Made by a program: the position numbers and the translations under genes
Source: Eledone cirrhosa
Taxonomy: Eukaryota
Reading direction: 5' to 3'
NCBI GenBank assembly: GCA_964016885.1
Contig: OZ024741.1
Location: forward strand, 59,706,001 to 59,770,000
Length of the DNA stretch: 64,000 nt
Notes under the pieces: model-generated
What the model saw: the letters and a program-made list of their open reading frames with translations, nothing else
Told to the model about the DNA's origin: nothing
Databases searched by the model: none
In this document: piece after piece, positions 15,568-28,933 of the stretch
Numbering within the stretch: position 1 is the stretch's first letter
Layout of the letters: every line of letters begins with the position of its first letter

Positions 15568-17183
15568 CAGTGTATCTTCGCTTATCCGGACGGTCAAAAC
15601 CAAACAGTTAGAAAAAGATCCGGTTAAGTGAAATATCCGGATAAGTGAATTCTAAAATCCCATTATTACAAAATGCTCGTGGTTTCTAATGTTTTGGCTT
15701 CTTTTAGTCAAAATAAAAGACAAATGCTAAGTAAAGAAAGTTTATTAGAATAACAAAAGAACAGGTAGAATTTATAAGAAAATTAATTAAACAAACATAA
15801 GAATAACAATAAACTTGGTTAAACTGAATTGAGTCAAACCATAAAAAGTTAGTACTTTTTTAAAATGAATAAATAGAAGATTGTTTTCGCGCCGAAGCTC
15901 GTCGTTCCGCTACCATTTCCCGCCAACGTAAACATGTCGCAGTGCTAACCGGATCCGCCAGTCTCTCATACCTCAAATATGTTAAAAATTGGTCTATATG
16001 ATGATATGCTTCCGCATGCGTCACGGGGCGTTTCTCGACAGCTTTTACGACTAAAACTTCCTCTTCTTCTTCATCATCCCCCTTTCGACTTACGTGTTCA
16101 ACAATTCTGACGTCATCGAAATGTCCATACCCTTACCCGTCATTCTCAAATCTTTTGCCGAACACTCACCAGCAATTTCTGTCAAACACGTTAGAAGCGC
16201 TTCGTCCGTAATTGGAATTTCGTAATTGTCCTCGTTTTCTTTCTGCATTGTCCTTGTTCTCATCCGACATCAATTTTTTCCACGATCGACACAAAGTTTC
16301 TTCAGTTATCGAGTACCACGCAACAGCTGAACGGTCAACCACCTCCCTCGTGTTTATCGCACGTAAAAATGGAATTATTCCCGTGTCCCCTTTTCCGATC
16401 AAATCCCGCAGCCATTGTTTTCTGTAAATCCGCTTTAATGTCTCCAAAACTTCCTGGTCCATTGGCTGAATAAGTTACGTAACGTTCCTCGGAAGAAATG
16501 CTGCCTGAATCTGTCCGTCTGCCGAAATCAAGTCCTCCTCATCCGGATGCGCTGCACAATTGTCCAAAACAAGAATCGCTTTTGCCTTCACCCCTATCTT
16601 AGCCAAAGCAGAACGGACAAACGGAACGAAAACTTTGTGAAACCACTCGCCGAAAATTTCTAGATTTACCCAAGCATTCTTCGAGTTCCGATAGGTAATC
16701 GGCAAGTTCTCCATGTTGATACTCGCAAAACATATCGGCCGCTTCGCTTTTCCAATGAAGAGAAGGGGAAGTTTGATTGTCCCGGAAGCATTCACGCAGT
16801 CGGAAATGGTTACCCGGTCTTTCGGTTTCTTCATTCCTTCGGGGTTTTTTTCGAGGGCAGCAGCTAGTGTACGCGAAGGGAGGAGTCGGAAGCAAAAGTC
16901 CGTCTCGTCGGCGTTGAAAATGTGATCCGGAGTGTAGCCGGCAATTATTGTTCAAATAAAAGAAATCAAATAAAAGAAATCAATACACGCCACGTGTTAG
17001 CTGCGAGTGACGGCTAGGCACAAGTAGCCAACCAGCACTAGGCGCGTTTTCTATAAACTTCATAAACCCTCAGATAAACATAAACATTCATAAACAACTT
17101 GAAATACATATTGTTTGTAGTATAGAAATAGAAGGTCCGGTAAATCGAATTTCGGAAGAGCATTATCCGGATAAGTGAAGATG

Positions 17184-17188
<5 letters not shown>
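15568..17188 (-). mobile_element. Tigger/pogo DNA transposon, internally deleted, with both TIRs
   Basis: TIRs CAGTGTATCTTCGCTTATCCGGA and TCCGGATAAGTGAAGATGCACTA are each flanked by TA. DDE motifs FNADET, KDRVT...NASG..KLP, LVLDNCAAH and QPMDQ lie in broken ORFs at 16166-16955. The N-terminal HTH region is absent. Confidence 0.92.
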
Positions 17189-17240
<52 letters not shown>

Positions 17241-18779
17241 CACACACACATATATATATATATATTTATATATATATATATATATATTCAAGTTTGAGGT
17301 TCACCACTGTATAGAGCAGGTCTATTCCGTATGGTCAATCGTAATGCAATAATATAGAGAGTACTCAACGTAAGGCAGTTCAACCGTCTTTGTTTTTGTA
17401 GTTGGTTGTGCTATTACGGAGTTAAATATTCACCTCTGCTAAGATACGGGTGAAAATTTTCTCGCGCCACTCCTGGCCTGACTGTGGTCTGACATTAATA
17501 TCGACCTTTCTTCCTCTTTCTTTCTATCTTCCTTCTTGTAGCCACCAACTCTTACTTTTCTATTTCTCTCTTCTCTTCCTTCTCTTCTCTCCTCTTCCTG
17601 TCTTCCTCCCGCAGACTTATCTTCCTTTCCCCTCTCGGTTGCCTATATCTGACCGGTAGTAGTTGCCTTTCCTCTTTTAGCTGACATTAACCCTGGCTTC
17701 TCTACTTCTTTCTTCCTCCTTCTTCTCTCTCCTTCCTTTCTTTCTTTCTTTTACCTTGTGTCATGAGATTGACGCTAACTTATGTTCCCATCCCTTTCTG
17801 TTTTCGTTTATCTGACCGGTAGTAGCATACTATAAACTTTAGCCACGTCACTCCAGGGCGACCGGCTGAGGTTGAAGGAACAGAATAGCGGTCGCCCTCG
17901 GGTCCTCGATTTTCAGCCCCATGGATTTTATCTATTACATTCACGTATTATATTTCGAATACCTGATGATATCACCGGATTCATACGGAACCCGGTCATT
18001 AAAATGATCATAGTATAATAAACCTTTCAAGGATTTACACAAATCCAGCCCCTGTCATTTCATTATAATATTATAGTAGAGAGAGAGAGATACTATGTTA
18101 GTGTGGAGCATATTATTTAGCTTGGTCACCATCTGATGAAAATATATCTCACCATTTGTTCTGCTCCTGTTCTGCTCCCCTCACCTTACTATATTTTACC
18201 ACTACCCCCCTCCACGTCCGTAGGGACATCACATTTCATACTTCGGCAGTCAGCGGTTGTGCTGTCGTAGCGTCTTAAGTAATGCCTTTTGATATCTCTT
18301 GAGGCCATACCCACAATATGGAACGTGACCCCGTCCAGAAATGTGCCACCAGCACCATGCTTTCCATATACCGCATTAAGGTCGCATCTTCTTGTATGGG
18401 TGCGTACATGTATGTGTGTGTACTTGAATGTGTATACAGACGTACACATACATAGGTGAACTACGCTCACATGTGTGCATATATTTACACTCATACGCAC
18501 TCATGCATTATAATACACATATGCAACTGATCACTCATTGCCATTTCCTGCTTGTATCAGTTCACGCATGTGCACACACTCAGAACCCTAAATTTACAAC
18601 ATCAGACCTTCATATCCTCACAGATTTGTATAGACAAACATACGCACACACGCACGCATATATACTTACGCATAACACTCTGAACTCAAATGTACAATGA
18701 TCATATATAGTGACACTCTACTAAGTATCGAGTACTCTGTTGAATAACGGTCTAACTAGTTTAATACTGGTTTAATCCC

Positions 18780-18816
<37 letters not shown>

Positions 18817-18857
18817 GAATAAAGAAATCTCTCTCTCTCTCTCTATCTATCTATATA

Positions 18858-19215
18858 TGGTTGCTAACCAGAGCTCTGTGTCTAGTACAGGTAATCGATG
18901 GTTGGGGTGTTTGCTTGGGTAGTCTATAGTGACTTTGATACTCTGGTGGATGGAGTTAGCTATTTGCTAGATGCTTTCCATTGTGTTTTTCTCTAATTCC
19001 TGACTGTTCTCTAGTGGGGGTGTTTTTACTACGATGTTTATATCCTCAACGTAGCGGGAGTACATAATCAGGGTTAGCAGATTGTTGTCTTCTAATTGTT
19101 CCTTAACTTTTTTGTCCCGCCATACCAAAAATAGGTTAGCTATGTCGCCTGCAAAGCTGACGCCAATGGCTGCTCCCTCCTCTTGGGCATATGTTTTTCC
19201 ATTAAATTTGAACAA
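18858..19215 (-). mobile_element. Penelope-like RT fragment (different clade from the Naiads)
   Basis: FKFNGKTYAQEEGAAIG..AGDIANLF, YSRYVED and downstream DYPSKH...LPVLD. Confidence 0.75.
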
Positions 19216-19331
19216 GGGTTAGTTTTATACTGGCCCCCACAGCATGTTTTCGGGGGTCCGTATGGCTCTGGTCCACCCGTTCCATCTTTCTGTGTGGGTT
19301 TTCTTGGCCATTGAGGTAATGGTAGGATGAT

Positions 19332-19680
19332 GTGGTGGAGAGGAAGAACAAAGTCTGGGCTCTGAACATTAACCAGTATACACTGAGGATGAAGAACTCA
19401 GAGCTGTACGGGAGTTTACCATCAGTCAGCTCGAACCTAACACAGGTGCGACTGAGGTTAGCTGGATATGTTCACCGAAATTCCGAGTTGACACTGCACA
19501 CAGTGGTGCTCTGGAAGGACCTACACGGACACACTAGAAGAGGGAGACCGGGGATGACACATATTGATGCCCTAAGGATAGACACTGGTCTCTGGGAAAT
19601 ACAGGATATGGCGGCGATGATGAAGGACAGAGATCGCTGGAGAGAACTCTTCCATGCCCTCGGGAATTTTACCCGCCATA
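19332..19680 (+). mobile_element. RTE/RTE-X LINE 3' fragment
   Basis: NSELYGSLP..S...RLRLAGYVHR..LW...GHTRRGRP...M.DRDRWR matches the RTE C-terminal pattern. Confidence 0.75.
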
Positions 19681-20095
19681 TATATATATGCATGTATAAG
19701 AAGAAACAGACATATGCAAAATCTTTCGTTTGGTAAAGAGATGAATCGTATGTGAGAGTGGCCTTCTCTTAGTCAATTACTTCTACAGTAACTTGGAGAA
19801 TGTCGCACCAACTTTTATATTGTGTGCTGCGACGTCAGTATTTGCTGAGCTCGCGCAGAGGGGAATTGATTTTGGAGTATGGTTTCCTGAGTTCCCATCT
19901 ACTCTGGTATGGAAATCATAGTGACCTTCTACTAGACAAACTGCCACCCTAGGTTAAGCAGTTCTCTTTACCCAGCCCAATAGGTTTTAGAGCACCTCAC
20001 AATTGCCTTTGCCTTTTCTCCATTTCATTTCCAAACATATATATGTGTGTGCGCGTGTAGCTGTGTGTGTATGTATGCATCATTGTACACACATT

Positions 20096-20191
<96 letters not shown>

Positions 20192-20272
20192 AATAAAGAA
20201 AGGTCTGCGGGACTGCGTACGGTTTATTTTTTTTATACCTTTAGTAAAATAAGTTGGATTACTTTGAATAAA

Positions 20273-20465
20273 TAATTGTTTCTACTTTTGGCACAAGGCC
20301 AGCAATTATCCCAGTGTATTACTGGTACTTTATTTTATCGACCCCGTAAGGATGAAAGGCAAAGTTAACCTCGGGCGGGATTTGAACTCAGATCATAAAG
20401 GGCCATAACTCTTTGTTGCAAAGCATGGTGTCCGACCCTCTACTGATACTGCCAATCCACCGCCC
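20273..20465 (-). mobile_element. tRNA-derived SINE (same family as 13568-14020)
   Basis: Full-length-looking copy from GGCGGTGGATTGGCAGT through the B-box and central domain to GTAGAAACAATT. Confidence 0.8.
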
Positions 20466-21034
20466 TTTTTTATAATTACTTTGAATTATATAATTACTTT
20501 GAATAACTAATGAATGAATATTACATAATTTATCTACTAAATTTCGTAAACAAAAATAATTTCGTAAAAAAAAAAAATTTAAATTGACTTCTTTTCAAAG
20601 TTGCACTTCCGGTATATCGCTGCCACCACCACCACACTTCAACTACCATATATATAGAAAGAGAGAGTGTGTGATGTCAACACTTCCGGTGTCGATCACT
20701 TAAATAAACATACTAATATTCTGTCACTAATTTTCTCCTAATGCAGTTTATATATAATATCGTCTTTTTTTAATGTATCATGGATTACGTTACTGATTAC
20801 ATAAGACAGTGTAACAACGTCTTCGTTCAATTTCTGTTTATATTGTCAATTACGATTTTATTTGATGTATCATATCTACATGTATATATACTTGCGTATA
20901 ATATCAATATACACACTATACATGCTAGCAGAAAACCAGCCGAATGATGGTTTTTCTGCTAGTAGTAATAATAATTTCAGAAGATCCCGTTAAGGGTGAA
21001 AGCAGCGATTCTTTGCTTAAACTTTAATCTGTTA

Positions 21035-21104
<70 letters not shown>

Positions 21105-21108
<4 letters not shown>

Positions 21109-21300
21109 CCGTGGAGTAAACCAAAATAACCCATGATGCACACCTGACTACGCACGTCACCTTAGGCAAGAACATCACCTGCTCCGGCACAGCCTGACCC
21201 GGATTCCGCGGTCGTTCAGTCAAGTACCCTACACCTATAGGACAGCACTCCTCATCCACAGTGACATACCCCAATGTGACCGGGCTACGAGCCCCCATGA
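21105..21300 (+). mobile_element. Possible highly degenerate GIY-YIG (Penelope) fragment
   Basis: Frameshifted pieces TKIT..LTTH, EHHL..H and ALLIHSDIP resemble GIY-YIG C-terminal motifs. It starts at a TA tract. Confidence 0.3.
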
Positions 21301-21883
21301 ATGTGTACCTCTTCAATCCTGAATACATACTCTCCACGTGTTCCACTTTGGAACACTTATTCTTTGTTCTGTACACAAACCTAAGTGTGCATATCATACT
21401 CCCCATGTGTGGTATATCACAAGAATACATTACATGTACCTTCTCCTTGGTCCCCTCTTTTATATATCTCTATGTGACGTTATATGCATATTTTAACGCA
21501 TTTTAATATATCGTAAATTTATTTTATTGTTTTTATATGTGTGTATATGCGTAGACGTGTGCCTATGTATATATATGTGTTTGTGTGTATGTAGATATAT
21601 ATATATATGTGTGTGTGTATATATATATATATATGCATATGTATGTGTGTGTATATATATATATATATATATGTTATGTGAATGTGTATGGATGTATTGC
21701 ATATTTATTTTATTGGATATTTATTTTATTATATATCTATTCTACTGTATATTGTATTTTTATTTTATTGTATATTGTATATTTATTTTATTGTTTTTAT
21801 ATGTGTGTATATGTGTAAGCGTATGTGTGTATGTATATATACATATATATATGGGTGCGTGTATGCATGTATATATATATATA

Positions 21884-21928
<45 letters not shown>

Positions 21929-23274
21929 ATATATATATATATAAGTGTGTGTGTGTGTATGTGTATATATATGTATATATACATATGTATATGTTACGTG
22001 AATGTGTATGGAAGCATGTACATGATTATAATATTTATATCCGTGCATGTGTAATACAAGATACATCCTTTAAGGTACGACATATTTTAGTATATAGGAG
22101 TTTTTTAAATTTTTATAGATGTGTATGTATGTGTGTGTATGCACGTTTATATGGGGGGGTGTTTGTGTGGGTGTGTAGAGATGTGTATATATATATATAT
22201 ATATATATAGATATATGTGTGCGTGTGTGTATATATGTATGTGTATGTATGTCTTTATGTGTATGTGTGTGTGTATGTGTGTATATATGTATATGTATAA
22301 GTGTATATATATGTGTATATATATATATATACATTTATTTATTTTTCTATTAACTTATTTATTTATTTATATGTGTGTATGTATGCATGCATGTATGTTT
22401 ATGGATGTATGTATATGGTTACATGGTTTATATTTGTACATGTATAACAGGATGCATCCTTCCATGGATGACCCTGTATGACATTGTGTGCAGATTTATA
22501 TGACTGTGAGTATATCACATTGGGGTACGGAATGAGATATATATATTTGCGCGTGTATCTATCCTTGTGGATGTACGTGGTCACGGAGGTAATTGGGCGC
22601 GTATTTGTTGGAATGTATATGAGCCAATGTGTGTGTGTGTGTGTCTGTGTATGTGTGGGTATATATGTGTGTGTGAGCGGACTGGTGAAATGCCAAACCC
22701 AGCATGAGTCTATTGAAGTGTGTCGGACGGAGAGTAGCTGATGGCCAGTATGGCAGCAAATATTGACCAGAATTTATGATGACGTAGAAAGAACAACAGC
22801 CAATAGCAAAACAAGAGAGGAAGATGTTTTTTGAAGCTAACACTCCAGTGAGAAAATTTGCTCCGAAAGTATTGCATGTGTCCAAAGAACCTGCAGGTCT
22901 AGAATCAGACAGATCCATACAATGATCGTGTCTCGAGCTATCTGCCGGCAAAACAATTTTAACACACAATAAACTGAGTCCAGATGCATCACTGATTTTC
23001 CGTTTTATCATATATATATATATATATATATGAAAAGCATTAGAAATGCGCAACCAGTAAAAACTTAAAACTAAAACTGAATACTAACCAATACTTATTA
23101 CTAATTTTTGCTTATTCCTAATTAAACTATTTTTCACTGGGAACAATTTGTCAGCATTTTCTTTTGCTTTTACCAATATATATATATATATATATATATA
23201 TAGTTGAAGGAGACAATAAAACAGAGGTACAAAAAGTCTTATTAGTTTTACGCTTTATATTAGAAAGAGGAAAG

Positions 23275-23315
23275 GAATCTCGACGTGTCGAGCTTAAGCC
23301 CTTCTTCAGGAGTAC
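23275..23315 (-). ncRNA. Degenerate minimal hammerhead in a pLTR-like end
   Basis: Minus strand CTC-CTGAAGA-AGGGCTTAAGCTC-GACACGTC-GAG (GAAAC mutated), followed by a T-rich tail into a TA tract. Confidence 0.5.
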
Positions 23316-24634
23316 AAAATAGTGCCAGGGTCACAATAGAGAGAGAAACAGGAAAAACGGTCCAGTAAAGTGACTTAAAACTAAAAATCGAAAATGAATA
23401 AAACTTTATATATATTAGACAATTTATCAAACACTGAATGCTACAGTACTTCAAAATCCACCGCCTCTGTCGCCGTCTCCACCAACACTATGTTTTGATA
23501 TTTCCACTATTTCCTTCTCTGGGTGAAGAATTCATGTTTCTTTTTTGTTTTGAAAAAAATAGGCACTAAAACTAAAGAGATCTTGTTTCAACCTTTACAT
23601 TGACCTAGCTGTCTTTAGGCAGGTAATGACAGAGTTATCCATATCGGTTCTAAGGGCTTACACTCAATATTCCATTTTACTCCATCATGTTTTGTATCAA
23701 TACCTGATATTAATAATTTCTAGAGACGCAGTGCGTGTGTGTGTCTATGTATATGTCTGTACGTGTTTGTGTATATGAGCAAATGTACGCGTACGCAGGT
23801 ATGGGTCCTTGTATGCGTGTACGTGTCTGTGTGTGTGTGTGCGCGCGTGTGCGTGCGTGTAAGAGCGGATGTACGAGGGCATTTATGCAGGCGCCTGTGG
23901 ACGTGTATGTTGGTATGTATATGTGTGGCATGGCCAAACGGTTAAATAAATCTTTTTGCAATCATCAGGTACCGAGTTTTCCCCTACTGCCTGGCAGTTT
24001 TAGTGAGTGTCATTTACCCAGCCTCGTGTTAATTCGTGTCTGTTAAGAGAATTTGCTTTGTCGGAAACAATTTCGAAGCTCGTCAGATGGACTATACCTC
24101 TAGTTTAAAGGGCTAGCCATGTCACACACCATGTCCTTCTGAATCTGCTTGAGAATGACGTTAAGGTACAGTGTCCGTAAAAAGTTCAGCCACTTTGAAA
24201 TTAATTTCATGAAGCAAAACTTCCATTAATCGAACAGATGGAAAATTCATCGTCGAACCGATCTAGCTTCACATTCGATCAATGTATGTATGTGTGTGCG
24301 TGTATATGCCCATGTACTTGAGTGTATGTATGAATGTATGTATGTATGTTCTTCTGGTTTTATAATTTCACAAATTTTTTCCCAATAAAGTGTGAGTCGG
24401 TTTCTAACATAGATACAAGACTCTCTCATTGGAATTTACACATCAACTAGATAGATTATGTATGCAGGCATGTGTAGATATGGATGTTATTGTATGTGTG
24501 GATGTGTATGTTTTGAGTTGTATGTGTGCATGTGTATATGCTTTGCATCTGTACATGTGTATATGCAGTTATTAGATGCAACATCTTTGGAATGTTTTAC
24601 ATATTTTTACTGTTTTGTACTTGTAATTTCCTAA

Positions 24635-24782
24635 CTAGTTGTGTTTTTTTGTTCCTCTGAAGCCTAGCTTCTCAAGATTTGGATTGAGGCAGTTACTAAC
24701 ATACCCCAGTGCCCCAATAATCACAGGCATAAATCTGAAGGTGTAATCAGGGTGGAGTATCTGCAGATTTCTCATCAGTTCT
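24635..24782 (-). mobile_element. R4/Dong- or NeSL-like RLE retrotransposon extreme 3' fragment
   Basis: ELMRNLQIL...FMPVIIGALG..LEKLGF matches the PVIIGALG C-terminal motif. It abuts a (TACA)-type microsatellite. Confidence 0.55.
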
Positions 24783-24984
24783 GATGTATGTATATATATG
24801 TGTATGTATATATATGTGTATGCATGTGTGTATGCATGTGTGTATATGTGTATGCACGTGTGCATGATCAGTGGATCTGCTAATATGCAGATCTGACTGA
24901 TCAGCCAGTATGCTAATATGCAAATCAGGCCGATAAGTCACTGTATATTTTAGAAATTATCATATATTTTCACTAGCTCTGACA

Positions 24985-25066
24985 GTTGGCAGGTGAACAG
25001 TGAACTGTACTGATGAAGGGAAATACCCAGAAACATTAGTGTCTGCAGTTCTGTTTACATGCCAAC
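24985..25066 (+). ncRNA. Type I hammerhead ribozyme
   Basis: Long stem I GTTGGCA.GTGAACA..GAACTGTA / TGCAGTTC TGTTTAC.TGCCAAC; core CTGATGA (25010-25016); stem II GGG-AAATA-CCC; GAAAC; short stem III; GTC cleavage triplet at 25041-25043. Confidence 0.85.
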
Positions 25067-25180
25067 ATATATGCAAGAATGAGGGGCTCATTCTACTGAG
25101 ATGACTTTAAAGATGAGGCTTGTTTGCATAATTGCAAACGAATGGAATATTATTATTAACATTCAAAAAACTCAGATTAC

Positions 25181-25231
<51 letters not shown>

Positions 25232-25235
<4 letters not shown>

Positions 25236-25515
25236 AGGTCACCAGGTGGTGCTACTGGTAACATGTAACCCAGTACAACCTGTCTCATGGTCGGGTCGTT
25301 GGCGACTAAACTGGCCACTCCACCAAGGTTTCTTGGTGAGGAGGGTGACTTTGGACATCCTGCAGGACTAAAAACAAAACCTGTCAAAGGGCAAAGGAGC
25401 TCTTAAGAGTCAATGGCCATCCAAAATCCCCGGGAGAGATGACCCCTTAGCCTTTGTCAAGGCAGTATTCTAGGAGAAGGAAAACTCTGATATAACACCT
25501 GCAACTCTGATGGTA
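25232..25515 (+). mobile_element. Probable RTE-type 5' UTR fragment
   Basis: GC-richer block with the TAGGAGAAGGAAAACTCTGA motif recalled from RTE 5' regions. A related motif occurs on the minus strand near 19915-19960. Confidence 0.35.
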
Positions 25516-25811
25516 TCCGATGATATTGACTTTTTCTTCTTTTTGGTAAATATCATCTTGGTTAAGAGAGTGGGACTGGCTTTGTGCAGTGCCTTTGCTC
25601 ACTATAAAAGCTTCACGGCACAGGCATTGCTTTATATCTGGAGATCTTTCTGCACTTGTCGTCTCATGGTACCATGGGCTCAGCACTATGTGTCAATAAT
25701 TGTCACAAGTGCAGTGTTTGAACCAGAGTTTTCAACTCGCTGGCTGGACTAAAAAGTCACACTCGTTCAGCGCATCGGTAGTGGCCGTACTCGAAAACGA
25801 GTTGGCACCCA

Positions 25812-25916
<105 letters not shown>

Positions 25917-26766
25917 ATGCATATGTGAGTGTGATTCCCGGATTCAATCAGTGGTAACCACAATAGTAAGGTTCTCAATACATTAGTAGAGGAGTGTACA
26001 CATACAATTTAATATAGAAATGACTTCTGCAGGACTAGGACTATTTCATTAGAAAAATCTTCAGGGAGCCCTGATGATTTCCTTCCAATGAAACAGTTCT
26101 AATTCTGTAGAAGCGATTTATATATATATATATATATACATATACTTATACACAGAGAGAGAATGAGATAGAGAGAGAGAGATATGCGAATAGATGGATA
26201 GATATATCAATAGAAAAATACAAAGACAATGTATATAAAGATGAAACATATTTGGATTTGTCATTATGCATATCTTTATTCATTATGCATATATTTATGT
26301 CAGAGATTTTTCTGAATAAATTAACATACATTAATTACTTATTTATAACTGCATTTGCATCTCTCTTTTTAACTGAGTCGGTTTGAGTTTTACTCTGGAA
26401 ACCACTGCTCTCTGTGTAGGTGTAAAATATTGGAAGAGGAATATATTTAAAATATTGATTGTTTCGCGCATAAAATAACTGATGTTTTCTATGAATAATA
26501 TGTGGCTTACACAATACACACACACTCACACACACATAGGCACTTTCGCACACACACACACACATATGCATATATATATATATATGTGTGTATATGTGTG
26601 TGTGTGTGCGCGAGTGCGTATGTGTGTGTATGTGTGAGTGTGATGTGTGTATTGTGTAAGCAACATAAATACACACATAATGTTACTGGTATACATAGAC
26701 ATAACTATACACACACATATACATGTGTGTGTAATGAAGATCCATATATATATATATACATACATG

Positions 26767-26806
<40 letters not shown>

Positions 26807-26831
26807 CACACGCATATATATATATATACAT

Positions 26832-26890
<59 letters not shown>

Positions 26891-28742
26891 CACACATATA
26901 TATATACATACATATGTGTGTGTGTCTGCGTGTGTAAATTAGTGTGTATGTTGACGGTATATATGATTTTAGATGTTTATATGCAATAGATGTCCCCGTC
27001 GTTTTCAAAAAGTTATTATTGATCGTGACAATATTTCTAAAATAATTCTATAATGAATAAGAATAATTAAATTTCACCAGTTATTCGAATAAACCTAATT
27101 AGCAATGTAAAAATACCTCTTTTCTTGTACCGGGCGTATTTCAAAATACAATTATCGTTATCAATGTTGTTAGCAACATAAATTAATTAGTCACCCTTTA
27201 AAAGATAAATAAATTTACCTTTCTTCAATCCTAGCTTTTAATTTTTTTCTTTCCTTTGATTGATTTCAGTTTTTTGTATACTGCGTGTATGTATCTGTGT
27301 GTGTTTAATGAAATCATATCAATTACTATTCCATGCATTCGTTCAGCCGACATTCCGAAAGCATCTCTTTTATTTTACACTAACTGTCAGTTATATTAGT
27401 AACATGTAGGTTGCTAGGTATGATATGCCGTTAGCATTTTGATATGTAAGCTGTCTGAAAACTCAACATCATTGAATCTGTGCAAACAATGAATGGTTTT
27501 TAAAGGTTTCAGATATTTAATATATTTCCAAAATATTAAAGAACAACCGGAATCTGTAGCTGTGAAATCAGAATGACATGCCGAGTTCATTCAGATATAT
27601 ATGACGTCTCATTGCTCATATAATGTATGCCACAAAGCAGAATGGTTAAGAAGTTCGCTTTCCAGCCATTAGATCTTGGATTCTATCCCACTGCATGCTC
27701 TGTTGGACACATAATTTACCGTAGTCACAATTCGATCTAAGACTTGTGAGTTAAATTTGCTAGACGGATACACTTTTGGAAGCCCATCGAATGGACTGTA
27801 CTTATAATTCCCTGAGAAATACTTTAAGAGTACAGCTGTATATGGAATGTTCAGACACTTGTACGATAATTTCACGAGAAGGCTGTTCCGTTGATCAAAC
27901 AACTGGGACACTCATCGTTGCAATCGCCGGATATAAATAACAATACATAATTCTACGCGAAGGAGAACATTATAAAATAAATATATGTAAATCAGCAGAA
28001 CATCTATAAATCATTATAAGTGATATATTTATTTGTTGTTAACAAGTTTGCTTCTTTATCCGTGTCTCAGGTTCTATCCCACAACGTGGCATCCTGGATA
28101 CATTTCCTTTATCATAGCACCGGATCGATCCATGCTTGTAGTGAAACACGGTAGATAGAAACGGTTCGGAAGCCCGTTGGATGGACAATGCGTGTAATTC
28201 AAAGAGCTAACCCTGCCTGTCATACACTGAATCGCGAGAATTACTCTAAGAGTACTTGTAACTGTGGAATATTTAGACCATCACACACTCGTCATCATAA
28301 CCGACCTAGTTACAACACACTCGTATACACTAATATATATATATATATATATCATAGTATTACGTTTGGGATTATTGTAATGTAAATCAAGCTAAGATTT
28401 CTCAATCTGTAATTGTAACAGCTCTACAATCTTTCGAGGACGCTTATCTCTTACTCTATCGTATTAGCTCAGGACTCCTGATTGAGTCATAGAGGAATAA
28501 TAGAGGCATGCTTTTGACATTTAAATATGGCGGAGTCCAACCATCATCATGTGGGTAAACAGCCGATTTCGTACAGTGAAATAGAAAAAGAGTGAGAGAG
28601 AGAGAGAGGCTATAATGTCGTTTTGTTTCACTGAAATCAATGTTGTGTTTCATCATATGAGACCGATAAATAAAGAACTATTTCAATACTAGCGTTAATT
28701 CTTCCTCTATATCTCTTTGCCACGCTATTATAAATAATTAAA

Positions 28743-28933
28743 TAATTGTTTCTACGTTAGGCACAAGGCCAGCAATTAACCAGTGTATTACTGGTACTTT
28801 ATTTTATCGACTCCGTAAGGATGAAAGGCAAAGTTAATCTCGGCGGGATTTGAACTCAGAATGGCAAGGGCCGTAACTCTATGCGCCAAAGCATGGCATC
28901 CGACACTCTACCAATACTGCCAATCCACCGCCT
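28743..28933 (-). mobile_element. tRNA-derived SINE (same family as 13568-14020)
   Basis: Close match to 20273-20465. Confidence 0.8.
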
